A stretch of 64,000 nucleotides of DNA, from positions 835,238 to 899,237 of the forward strand of contig CM119270.1 of NCBI GenBank assembly GCA_051294375.1, in the 5' to 3' direction. The number at the start of each line of letters is the position of its first letter. Positions within the stretch are counted from its first letter, which is position 1. This document shows positions 26,709-38,444 of the stretch, piece after piece. The notes beneath the pieces were generated by a model. It was not told where the DNA came from. It worked only from the letters and a program-made list of their open reading frames with translations, and ran no database searches. The position numbers and the translations under genes are program-made. The stretch is from Paraspadella gotoi. Lineage: Eukaryota > Animalia > Chaetognatha.

Positions 26709-27433
26709 AGGCAACAGACGAGAGAGAATAGAGTATAGGGACGCAGAAAGAGAGAGAGAGAGAGGAGGAGAGACGGAGAAGAGTACGGAGAGAGGAGGAG
26801 AAAGAGGTGGGAAGCAGAGAAGAGAGACGAGCAGAGAGAGAGAGAGAGACGAGAGAGAAAAGGGGAGAGAGAAGAGAGAGGAGAGGAGAGAGAGCGAGAG
26901 AGAGAGTAGGGAGAGAGAGAGAGGAGACGGAGAGAGAAGAGAGGAAGAGAGAGAGAGGAGAGAGAGGGAGAGGAGAGAGAAGCAGAGAGAGAGACAGAGC
27001 AGAGACGTGATAAATGAGCCGTGCGTTTAATAAGATGCAACGCGGAAAAAGATGAAGGTAAACGTCGAAAAGGACAGGAAATCTTTTTCCGCGGAATTTT
27101 CCCTTCAAGTTTTTGGCAATCACCCCCCCCGCCCCCCATAATCGTTGCCTCATCTCCCCCCCCAGTCCAGACCTTTTCCCCCTTCCCCCCGCTCCCTATC
27201 TCGCTCCCACACTCGCTTCCTCTCCCTCCATATCTTCCTCTCTCCTCTCAACTCTCTTTCCTCATTAATTCTCGTCTTCTCTCTCTTATATCTCCTCTCT
27301 CTCTCTCTCGTCTATCTGCTCATCTCTCTCTCTCTCTTATCTCGTCACTTTTTTCATTCTTGCAAAACAAGATTCTTTCAGGAAGCCCGTGGTTTCGCTG
27401 TCTTGTCAGGATTAAAAAACAATTTCACTAAAG
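25683..27433 (+). repeat. Continuation of block C (with empty LTR target at 25996-26000) followed by another block C copy
   Basis: TTCTTGCAAAACAAGATTCTTT at ~25930 and ~27357; 26350-27150 matches 6750-7510. Confidence 0.85.
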
Positions 27434-27710
27434 TGTCAGGAATGACTCCTGGTGCAACCCATAAGTAAATCTCGGCCCCAGTGTTTAGAAATGACCACTT
27501 TTCTTTCTTTGTAAAATGTAAACATTTGTGTACTTCGTGATTCTGTCGGGAAATCTTGCGTAGTCTTTGCCGTGGCTCCGAAGGAAACGTTTCGCTCTTG
27601 GTATTATTTTGCTATTTGTTTACCTTATATATATAAATAGATTTCAAACACTGTGTTTTATAGGTCAAGAGAATTCGTCAGAACTATCTCGTAGCTAGAG
27701 TATAGTGACA
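27434..27710 (+). repeat. 5' LTR
   Basis: TGTCAGG...GCTAGAGTATAGTGACA; matches 35791-36079. Confidence 0.92.
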
Positions 27711-27720
27711 TGGTGCATCG
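27711..27720 (+). promoter_or_regulatory. Primer-binding site complementary to the tRNA-Gly(GCC) 3' end
   Basis: TGGTGCATCG immediately follows the 5' LTR and is the reverse complement of CGAUGCACCA, the 3' end of insect tRNA-Gly(GCC). Confidence 0.75.
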
Positions 27721-29569
27721 CTTGTTCGGTCCCCACGTTACTGTGCGCTAGAGCTACTTAAGTGGGGTGGGGTGTGTGATATTTATAATGTATAGGTTTT
27801 AAGCTGATAATTATACAGCACTTTAAGTGGGTAATTCCCCGGGGCGGGTAAAAAGTAAAGGTCTCAACTGGCGCGTCGGTAGATGTTTAACTCCAGACCG
27901 CCTGTCGCATTTCACGTGAAGCGAGCGTCGACGTAGCACGTTAATAGCGTATGAAAAAATAATTGTACAGGTATAGGAGGATAACCTGGTTTCCCCTGCA
28001 TATCGACGAGAGGTGCGCTATAAAAATTTTCTCTTCGTCAGCTATAATGACGTTTTGTCACGAATGTAGGGGCAGAAATATTTTTTAAATAAATATTGAC
28101 CTCGATTTTTTTTTATTATTGTTTTTTTTTTTACTAGCGTTTCCGGAGGGTCCGAAGGCATCCAATATCAAAAAAAAAAACGGACTGTCTGAATTTTTAG
28201 CGCAACGTGTGCCGCTCTCCGTCACTTCGAGAATAATTTTTTTGTCGCCTGAGATTTTGAAAGCTTGGCGAATTTTTCGCAATTTTCTTCTTGCCGCGCA
28301 TAGAACGATTTTTGATATTTGGATTCAACGTCGATTTGTGACGGTGTTTCGGCGGCGAAATGTCTCTCTATTTTGTTATAGGGCGATCGAGATTTTGCCT
28401 CCGTTTGGCCGACGAAATAATGGATTTCCTTTATTTTTTTTTCCTAGACTCTCTCTCTACTGATACGTCGCCTCCGCTTTTCGAAGAATTTCGACCCCGT
28501 ATGTTACCGGTGAATTCTCTCTTGCCGAGCCTCGACGTCAAAACTTCTTGAACGGGAAAGACCCGCGTCGACGGCCGGAAATTCCTGAACTAACGCCTTT
28601 CACGTTTGAGTTTTTCTTTGCCGGAGCTTCATGGCGGCGTTTCTCGTTTAGAAAACGCGGGGTGAAGAGCGTGTTCAATGGATGTGATTATTTCAAGGAT
28701 CTAAAAGTTTGAAGTTTCATTGAAAACAAAGGGCGAAATAGCACGTCTCGATCAAATGGAGATAATTTTATTTTTTCGTTGGAAGTCCATTTACAAACGG
28801 ATTCGACGTGTTTTAAAACTAAGTGGAGTCTGTCATCCTCTACGGTTGTATAAGAAGATAAAAGATTACACTCCACGCCCGGTCTCGATCCTTGCGAATT
28901 TCATCGTCGAACAAATTCTTCCCCACGTGATCTGATATTTAAACTAATTTTCATGTAGTCGAAATTTTGTTAAACAACCGGTTTTAAACTGTTTTCTCCG
29001 GCGAAACTGGATATCCTAAACAAAGAGTAAATAGACAAATCTTTTTCTAAATAAAATTCCGATTACACGATCGTTTGAACTAAATTTTCCGAGCGCTTAA
29101 CGAGGACTCGAAACAAGATTCCGATGCACGCATCGGAGCGTTGCGGTCTACCGTGTTCGACGACGTCATTCTTGCTTGAATTCCCGATGGATGCATCGAC
29201 GCTAGAAGTCGAAGCGATAAAACAACTCAGCGACATATTCCGATGCAATCGACGATAGCCTTTTAAAGTTTTGCTTCAGATTACGCGTGTAAATTAAACG
29301 TGATTTCGTGATTCTAGTGAAAGAAGCTCACGCTTTTCAAATTTAAGAGACAAATTTAAGTAACATAAATTTCGATTCCCTGCAAGATGCTAGCAGACTC
29401 CCTTTTTTTCACGAGAACGGGGTAATGGGATGGAATGGATCTTTTGAAGACGACGACGACAACGATTCGTTCTAATTCTGGCATTTGTTTTTGGAAAACC
29501 AAGAAAACAAGAAAATGAAAAAAAAATGGAAAGAACTAACTAAACAAAAAAAAGGGTCAACCTTTCGTC

Positions 29570-29685
29570 TTCCCACTCTAGATTCTCAACCTCTCAATTC
29601 TCCAACTCTCGATTCCTCAACTCTCGATTCTCAACTCTCGATTCTTCTCAACTCTCGATTCTCCACTCTCGAATTCTCAACTTCT
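29570..29685 (+). repeat. ~14-bp tandem repeat (CTCAACTCTCGATT) inside the LTR element
   Basis: Several imperfect consecutive units. Confidence 0.8.
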
Positions 29686-29739
29686 CAATTTCTGCTTAAT
29701 GGAAACAAAGAAACTTCACTGGCGCACCTCGACTCCTAA

Positions 29740-30230
29740 ATCTCGAGTTGGAAATTCTCACGGGCTTGCAATGCGACCTTCTTTCTTCTTCTGTGAAAAA
29801 GTCGGCAACCGAGCCGGGCCGATCGAGCCGCGCGGCTTCGCCGATCACGAGGATTCGGTTCCAGGCGCACAAACGGAACCGGTGCTACGCAGCAGCGAGG
29901 ATCGACGACCTTTGCTGTGCTTGGATCGCAAGCAAGCTGTTCCGGTCCTTGGTCTCTTTCTCTTAAACCTGAACGGAAGAAGAGCAGCAAATTGGGACCA
30001 GCTGCAGCCGACGGGCAACGGTCAAAGGAAAAGTTAACGTGCTCTCTTCTGGATGCGAAGCCAGCAGGCAAGCAGCTGCAGTCTGAAAGACGCTGGAAAG
30101 AAAATACGACGCAAGCTTCTTTCCGCCGATCGTGAGAATGCGGGGCGGAGCAGCAGGCGGAAGCGCCGCAACGCGACCCCTTTTTTTCGCCTGGACCAGG
30201 TGCAGAGTGCCCGAAACGATTGTTATGAAC
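29740..30230 (-). CDS. Antisense coding segment A in LTR element 1 (frameshifted in this assembly; unknown family)
   Basis: Minus-strand codons CAC CGG TTC CGT and AAC CGA ATC CTC versus CAC CGT TTT CGT and AAC CGA ATT CTT in element 2: synonymous changes only (HRFR, NRIL). Boundaries approximate. Confidence 0.5.
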
Positions 30231-31999
30231 TTTGAAAGTTTAAAATGACTTTAAAAGAATCGATTGACATGTCATTAAAATGCGAATTCATATCATAAAG
30301 AATATGTCACTGAGGTAGTGGGCTGTTTAAAAATGCGCAACTTTAATGATTTATTTTTTTTAAAATTTTGGCACCAGGTATTTGTAAAGGTGAAAAGTAT
30401 GTAGGGTGATGTACAGTTTGAAGATCATAGATATTGTAATAAGGTATACAGCAATATGGCCTAGAAAGATGATAAGTTTTGTGAGTTAGACAATTTTGAA
30501 CAAATATATTTTAAGATGAAGCTTACCAGTTGTGAGTTAGGTTTTAGAACATGCGACTTTTAATATATTATAGCTGTTTTAAAAGTCATTTTATAATATA
30601 ATTAGCTTTATCTCTATAGTAATAGATTGTGGAATATTGTTTTAGATAAATAAACAATAATTTGAACTATGCAATTATATATTAGTAATAATAATATAAA
30701 GATTTTAATCTTGACGAAGATGTATTTGTTATTATATTATCTATAAAGTTATTACTGGGTCTTTGAATAAATGTTAAATGTATATATATATATGGTATAT
30801 ATGTAATATAGTAGTATATATATTTGTATATTGGCAGTTAAGTTATATTTTTATATAAAAGTATAGTTCTTTATTCTGAAATATAAGATTTTTTTAGAAA
30901 GAATCAAATCTTCATTACCTATGCATTGATTAATAAATTTTAGATGCGTTGGTGTTTAAGTATTAAAAGAAATAATAGTAATATTAATTAAATATATGAT
31001 AACAATTGAATTATATATAGTTGTACAGAAGAAGTGATGCAATTTAGATCCGCCTTAATGGAATACATTGGGGGGTGAATTATAAAAACGAGTTAGTGAT
31101 AAAATGTGTTTTTTTGATTCTTATATAATTATTTTATGTAATATATGATAATTAATGTTATGTGTTATGGGTTCTTGAAATATGGAAAGATCGAATGTTA
31201 ATGTTAAGTGTTTTTTTCTTGTAAGGAACTACATCTTTGTAAGCGCTAAGGGTAAACTGCAATCTTCAATTTTGGCTATGAATTTTATTGAATTCCATTC
31301 AATTTATTTGGATTGATACTCTTTCTGTTTTTTCCATTAAGTTGTTGGTTATAAATAGGTGATATCTATCATAACTTTTTTTAAAGTTGTTAGAAGATAG
31401 TTTTCATATTCTTTAAATTTTAAGACTACAAATGTGATCTTGGAAGATGGTGTAGGGTGAAGGTTAACTATATACAACTAAACAATTATATCTTAAATTA
31501 TAATACAGTTTATATGCAAACGTTAACTGAAGGTGACAGTTGATTCTTAATTAATTTAAACTGTTAATTAAAATAAGAGAGGGCAACGAATTTAGAGTGT
31601 AACCTTAGTATATTGCATAGTTTTCTGTTACTAAAACATCTCAATGCTGTAACTTGTAATGATAATATGACTTTAATATGTAAGTATGTAATATGTGATA
31701 TATTAACATAGGATAACTATGAATTGTTACATACCAAGTATGAACATTATAATTCACTTTGTGAAATTTTACTAAAACAAGTAGATGCAACCTGTTGTTT
31801 TCTAAAAACTTTTCTTTTCTCAAAGGTCGGAATTTGCGTGATGCTTATACCACCGCACGGAAATAATTAGTTTAAAGTCAGTGTGTGGGAAAAATTGTGT
31901 AAAAATTAACAATGAGATAATATGATAATAATAGGACCGGGGTACTTCATGCCCTTATTAGAAAAGGTGATGATTGTTTTATTCAGGATGCCAGAAAGA

Positions 32000-33200
32000 A
32001 GCTCTGTCTGATGAAAAGAGAATGAATTTGTTACAGCACTTCCTCTAAGATGTTTGATATACCAGTCTGTTTTATTCCTTCGTTTTTAAATGCTGGGATC
32101 AGCTAACAAGGTAGTTGCCCGAGATGAGGTGCCCTGGTGATGCACCCACTGCTGGAATGTTTTTTTGTTGACCTAGTCATGATATAAATCTCATGGTGTT
32201 TGTTCAACTTTCAAGTCGTTTTCCTCTATAAGCAAGGGAAAGTCATGAATAGGTACTTTTGAGGCGGGTAAAAAGGCCCCTTCGGCAAAACTTAAAAATG
32301 TAGGATATATCAGTTTGGAAAACGTGCAGAATCTATTTTTGGGGGTGTCTACGGTTGAGGCTACCAGCTGGCGAGTGTCCAGGGCGGACCACCCTCTGGT
32401 TGTATGCCGAATCTAAACCTAATCCCGTGGTGATGTTAAAATCGGGCGTCTAGGCTGACGTAAAATCGAGCTCAAAATGAAAGGTCCAATCTACGTCAAA
32501 ATGCGTCTCTTATACCTGTGTGTTATATGACCGCACAGGTGATTCTCACTGCACTGCTGTTGTGATTTACTGCATTTGCAATTCTTTTATAAAAAATCCT
32601 CCCAATCAAATTTCTCTAATCGCGCATTGATGAATAGAAGAAAAGGCGCTCATTTTCGTTTCTGAGGAGATCCTCACGGGACAAAGGTTTTTTAGAGATT
32701 ACAAGAGTGAATATAAGGATATATCCAGTTGCCTGAACGCCGGGACCGCGTTTTGTACAAAGATAAAAGTGTTACAGCAGCAGAATCCCCTTCCATTGTT
32801 AAGTGGAGTTAATGGATCTCTGATCGTCTACTACGCCCAGACAAGAATGACTGTCTGTTACTAAGAGTTCGTAAACTTACTGTGCTAAGGATTTTCTCTA
32901 TGTTAAGATGAATGAACAAGGTATAATTTAGCAAATTTTTTATAGAGAAAGGTATTCTCCACATTTTCCTGGAACGAACAAGATATATTTACAGAAATTT
33001 TTTGGTGAGAGAAAAGGGATGTCTCCACATTTTCTGGTTTCTGAATTTGACAAAGACTTCCTGTTTGAAGTCATTCTGGGAGTAACATGATTAGTGGACA
33101 ACTGCTTCGTCCAGACTACGTTTAATTGATTTGCTCTGAAGTATTAACAACAGGGTGAATGACGGTTAAGGGAAAAGATTAAACTTGCCATTTCTTTTAA
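32000..33200 (-). CDS. Antisense coding segment B in LTR element 1 (frameshifted; unknown family)
   Basis: 32814-32785 reads CAT TAA CTC CAC TTA ACA ATG GAA GGG GAT versus CAT TTC CTC CAT TTT ACT ATG GAG GGA GAA at 53715-53686, mostly third-position changes. Further shared peptides: SFLSG, FLSFxxGAF, DL(K/R)V. Confidence 0.6.
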
Positions 33201-35781
33201 AACCGTATGCAGGGAAACTATTGTTGTCATGGTTGTGAGTGAGATTAATGAAATTTTTGTGGGAGGGGTAGTGAGTGAAATTAATAGGAAAATTAAATTT
33301 CATTTACTTGAACAATAGCAACATTTCTTTCGTTTCTGTTTCCTAATGTTGTTCTCTTTAAGGAATCCCACAGTTCCAGATCCACATCGCTCATATCCAC
33401 ACACTCGCCAGCGAGATAACGCGCGCTACAAGCTCACTAGAAGTATAGCCACGAGGTTTTTGTTAAAAGAGGTGATAGGCCCTGCGCAGGATTAGAACAT
33501 GTTACATGTTACGAGTATGTTGACAATAGAAACTGTCACCTAGTTTGAAACTCACGATAATGTGTCTCTTCATTAATACAAAAAGGAACTCTGGATACAG
33601 GATCCAGCTATGGTTAGTCATGTATGGATGAAATAGGTTACTGATATTTTCATTTCAACTATAGCAAAATTCGTCTCTCTAAGAATATAATCGAAAGGCA
33701 TAATGAGACATCAATTTTCAATTATTATAGTTTGCAATTTTATTAAAAATTTTATATGAGAGAGTATTTTAAAGTAAAAATAAAACTACAAGCTCGTGGA
33801 TTAAATGTAAAATACTAAGTTTATTGAAATACTTTCACAGATGAAGAAAAATTTTACTCCACTGCTGATTCATAGTTTTGTGGAATGTCGTGATGGTACG
33901 TACCGCACGGTAATGCATTGGTATGTAACTGACTCGACTGACCGACTTATAACTTGGGTATTAATTTTTCCTCTTCTAAGATGTTCTAAAAATCTAAACT
34001 TTTGTACATATATACTTAAGAGAACAAGTGTTGCTCTCAAGTGATAAGCAAAAATCCGGTTGATAATATTTAAGTTGAATATTCTTTGAAAAAAATTTTT
34101 ATAGCTTATAATGTCTGAAATGATGAAAATAATTAAAGACATTTGTTTTTTTGGCAACTGTTTGTGTGTGCTTCCTGTTATAGCTGTGATGCTGCACACT
34201 GGAGCATTTCCCGCACGTTGCTTTTAACATATATACTCTTCACGGCCTTGCACGCGTTGTTGTTGTCTTGTTCTTTTGTAAAAGAAAGAAAGTTTTAAAA
34301 TTTTATCATGGAATAACTAAGAGATGCAGTAACTTTTCCAATTTAATTTTTTTATGTCATAATGTTATCAACAATGTTAAGGAATAATAAATTAAATATC
34401 AGTTATAGTGATAAAGGACTGTAAATTAGAATGATAAATAATTAAATCACGTATTTTTTGCACAAATGCCACATTAATATTTTTTTGGAAAAGAGGGAAC
34501 AGAATGGAGTGTGACATTGTAAAAAAAAGCATTTGAAAAAAATACTTGAATTGCGTTGTACCATAGTTGAGAGACTGAACAGCATCTTAATACAGGCGGC
34601 GCTGACCTCCTGTGACCAAGTCAAAAGTCAAGAAGGTTACGAAGAAAAAGGTCACATTTAGACGATTGATCAACGTTATTTTATGTGACGGCTAAGTAAT
34701 AATCATGGATTGACATAAGTTATTAATTAATTAATAAGTTTAATTTGTTTAGTTGTCTAATTCATTTACAGTAAGAATTAATTGCATGTCCTATTCGTGA
34801 TGATTCACTCATATTAAAGAACTCTAATCACTGATTACGGTTGAAATCGTGACCCTGCATTAGAATGTGCGGGACTGATTCGTGCACAATATTGTTTCTT
34901 AGCACACGACATTAATCAGCTAATCAAATATGTCTAATTACTATCATTACTTAATTCTTAATATTGTACTTATTGATATCATAATTCGAGTCATTCAAAC
35001 ATCAACCACTTTTATATTTTTATTGATATTCCTTAAGCTTCAAGATGCACCACAGATTCTGGCGTTCCATTGGCGATTCACCATGAGATGAGGAATGCGA
35101 AACCACAGTTCACTGGCCTGCCCATGTCGAGGATTCCATAGTTTGTTTACTTTCGATCGCGCAATTGGTCGAAACAGGAGTTTAACTCAGAGTGACAAAA
35201 GTTTGGTTTACTTCGATCGCGCTTTTGATCGAAGCAACTTTAATTGCAGTATAAAAAAATATAAATTTTGATCAATTTAGTTATTAATTTGGCAGATTAG
35301 TAGCAAAGTTTGAAATTTAAATTAGAGTTATTAGATTGTATTAAGTTGAGCTCTAATCAATAGTTTCAGAAATCCGTTGTCTTCTAAGCTAAACAATGGC
35401 GTTACGTCCGTCAGAGTTAGCCTGAGGTTGCCAAGGAAATATGTAAACATTTTTTTTGTTTTTGTTTCACATTTAGTTGCCAAATATTGGTTTGATTGAT
35501 CATTTATGATATTGGCTATTTTAACTTTGGCTTTGCCGGCTTATTCGCTGCGAGGACTGGTTTTATCCCTTATGACGCGTCTTTCGTTTTTTAAGTGTCT
35601 ATACTATTTAAGCTCACAATTTTATGCCAACTTGTTTTAATCTAATTATTGTAGCTGCATTTACCTTTTCCTCCTGAGGCCACGTGTTGTGTTTAGTATT
35701 GTTGTTTTTGCTCCGTCCTCTATTTTCTTCTTTCCGTTTTCTTTTCGAATAAATAATAGTAACTTTAATTAATTATATTTT

Positions 35782-35790
35782 AGGAGGGCG
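35782..35790 (+). promoter_or_regulatory. Polypurine tract
   Basis: AGGAGGGCG directly before the 3' LTR; equivalent AGGAAGGGCGG at 56803-56813. Confidence 0.8.
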
Positions 35791-36079
35791 TGTCAAGATA
35801 ACTCTGGTGCAACCGCAATAAGAAATCTCGGCCCAGTGTTTTAGAAATGACCACTTTTCTTTCTTTGTAAAATGTACAACAATGTACTGTCGTCCGATTC
35901 TGTCGCGAAATCTTGGAGTCTTTGACGTGGCTGCCGAAGGAAACGTTTCTCTTTTGTATTATTTTTGGTATTTGTTTACCTTATATATATTACAATAAGA
36001 TATTCATACAAACCCCTGTGGTTTTATAGTCAAGAGAAGTCGTACAGAAACTATCTGCGTAAGCTAGAGTATAGTGACA
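35791..36079 (+). repeat. 3' LTR
   Basis: TGTCAAG...GCTAGAGTATAGTGACA; matches 27434-27710. Confidence 0.92.
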
Positions 36080-36514
36080 GCTAAAAACAATATTTTTTTT
36101 TCGATTGCTCACGGTTTTAAAAACATATTTCAAAACCAGAATCCGAGTAAATTAAAAAAACAAAATAAAAAAGTAAATTAGAAGAAGAAAGTTTGACAAT
36201 CGGTTTTTTAATGGATTGTGAACAAAGTTATCGAGGTGGAAATGAGATTGATTTCTACTCTCTCTCTCTCTCTCCGTCTCTGCTCTCCTACGGTTCTCTC
36301 TCTCTTCTCTCTCTCTCTCGTCATCGTCTCTCTCTTCTCAACTGGNNNNNNNNNNNNNNNNNNNNNNNNNCTCTCTCTCTCTCTCACTGCCTCTCCCTCC
36401 CTTCCCAGTCAAATTAATTGTTGGTTGAATAACCGAGAAAGTTTTCTTTTCATTTCGTCTACGTCGAAGTAAATGAAGATAAAATACGCGGGAGGCGTTT
36501 CTGTCTTTTTTTCT

Positions 36515-36860
36515 TTCCTCTCTCTCTTTAAACTCTCTTTTTTTCTTTCCTCTCTCTCTTTAAACTCTCTTTTTTTCTTTCCTCTCTCTTTTTAAACTCT
36601 CTTTTTTCTTATCTCTCGTTCTTAGAAATCTCTTTTTTCTTACCTCTCTCTCCTTAACCTCTCTTTTTTTCCTATCTCTCTCTCTCTTTAAACTCTCTTT
36701 TTTTCTTTCCTTTCTCTCTTTTTGAACTCTCTTTTTTCTTTCCTCTTTCTCTTTGAACTCTTTTTTTCTTTCCACCCTCTCTTTAAACTCTCCTCCTTTC
36801 TTTCCACCCTCTCTTTAAACTCTCCTCCTTTCTTTCCACCCTCTCTTTAAACCCTCTTCT
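36515..36860 (+). repeat. ~32-bp pyrimidine-rich minisatellite (CTCTCTTTAAACTCTC...TTTCTTTCC)
   Basis: AAAC recurs at 36530/36562 and 36785/36817; degraded copy at ~9175-9540. Confidence 0.85.
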
Positions 36861-36889
36861 TTTCTTATTTCCTTTCTCTGGACCTTTTC

Positions 36890-37035
36890 CATTCCTTAGT
36901 TCCTTTTTTCAACATACCTACTTAGTCCTTACTCTTTACCTCCTTAGTCCTTACCTCCTTACCTCCTTAGTCCTTACTTCCTTACATCCTTACCTCCTTA
37001 CTCCTTTACTCCTTACCTCCTTAGTCCTTACCTCC
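36890..37035 (+). repeat. CCTTA(GT/CCT/CT) 7-8-bp tandem repeat
   Basis: Directly visible; copy at ~9570-9745. Confidence 0.85.
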
Positions 37036-37343
37036 GAAACCGAATTTCAACCGCACTAACAATTCACTTTTAACCCTCGAAATTGATTGAATGTGTTGAA
37101 AACCTTTTTTTTTTTCTTCGATCGTCGCGCCGTCGATCTTTGATTTAATTTAATCTTTGCAAAGATTAACCTTTGGAATCGAATCGATTCGTGGTCTCAG
37201 TTTTCCTGAAACGATTTGGGGGCGTTTTTCGATTTTTAAATACCAACCGATCAATAATTATTAATCAAAATGGGATTTCTGTGCTGAAAAACTATGTACA
37301 TACAAAAGTATATTAAGTCTACGCAATAGTTTACAAATATTGT

Positions 37344-37394
<51 letters not shown>

Positions 37395-37727
37395 TGTAAT
37401 TTTGCAAAAAAATAACATAATTTTCTTTCTTTTTCCTTGCTACCGTCACACCTCAAATTTTAATCATTCTCTTTAGCATTTGGTAGCAATAGTATTTTAA
37501 TTCATTTACTGTTCAAATACTAATTATTTACACTTTACTTTCATTCGCTTTTTTGTACTTGATAAGTTTATCCCTTAACGATGCTCATTCAACATTTACC
37601 GCAACTGATCAATCCCAATTTCATTGAACCACTCTATTCTCTCATCCCCATATTAAATGCCCTTCATACCATCCTCATCTCATTAATATTTTCCTCCACT
37701 CATCCGCAGCTTCAAACAACTTTTAAT

Positions 37728-38140
37728 AATATCCTCTTTTTTCTTTTAATACCATCCTCTTTTTCCTTTTAATACCAACCTCTTTTTCCTTTTAATACCA
37801 TCCTATTTTTCCTTTTAATACCAACCTCTTTTCCCTTTTAATACCATCCTCTTTTTCTTTTTAATACTATCCTCTTTTTCCTTTTAATACCAACCTCTTT
37901 TTCCTTTTAATACCAACCTCTTTTTCATTTTAATACCATCCTATTTTTCCTTTTAATACCAACCTCTTTTTCCTTTTAATACCCACCTCTTTTTCCTTTT
38001 AATACCATCCTATTTTTCCTTTTAATACCAACCTCTTTTTCCTTTTAATACCATCCTCGTTTTCCTTTTAATACCATCCTCTTTTTGCTTTTAATACCAT
38101 TCTCTTTTTCCTTTTAATACCATCCTCTTTTTTCTTTTAA
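37728..38140 (+). repeat. 23-bp minisatellite CCTTTTAATACCA(T/A)CCTCTTTTT
   Basis: AATACC at 37748, 37771, 37794 and onward. Confidence 0.95.
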
Positions 38141-38411
38141 TCTTCTGCTTACAACATTTCGTCTCGTTTACCTTTTTAATCCTTTTTTTTCTCTTTCTTC
38201 TTTCTCATAATTTTGCTTTTCTTTTCTTTTCCTTTTTACTTCAACTTTTCTTTTCTTTTTTATTTATTGTCGTTCAAAACATAAAATTTTAACAAAATCT
38301 ATGCTTCGTTTAAACAAAAATGGAAAGAAGAGAGAAAGAATTGAAATTATGTCCCTTCTCTTCTCATCATTTCTCTCTCTCTCTCTCTCTCTCTCTGCGG
38401 TCTCTCCTATC

Positions 38412-38444
<33 letters not shown>

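Larger units (their letters stand above)
27434..36079 (+). mobile_element. LTR retroelement, 8.65 kb, both LTRs present; apparently non-autonomous (no gag/pol recognised)
   Basis: Direct ~280-bp LTRs with TGTCA...TGACA ends, PBS, PPT, CTAAA duplicated at 27428-27432 and 36081-36085 (one extra G on each side), and an empty site at 25996. Confidence 0.92.

Noticed and set aside
32810-32850. DIRS-type tyrosine recombinase (minus strand LSGRSRRSEIH resembles the RxxE box)
   Set aside because: The motif is not retained in element 2 (RRRPSTTH), no HxxR/Y motifs were found, and the TSD, PBS and PPT indicate an integrase-type LTR element.
36890-37035. Interstitial TTAGG telomeric repeat
   Set aside because: The unit is CCTTA plus 2-3 nt (TAAGG-based), not (TTAGG)n.
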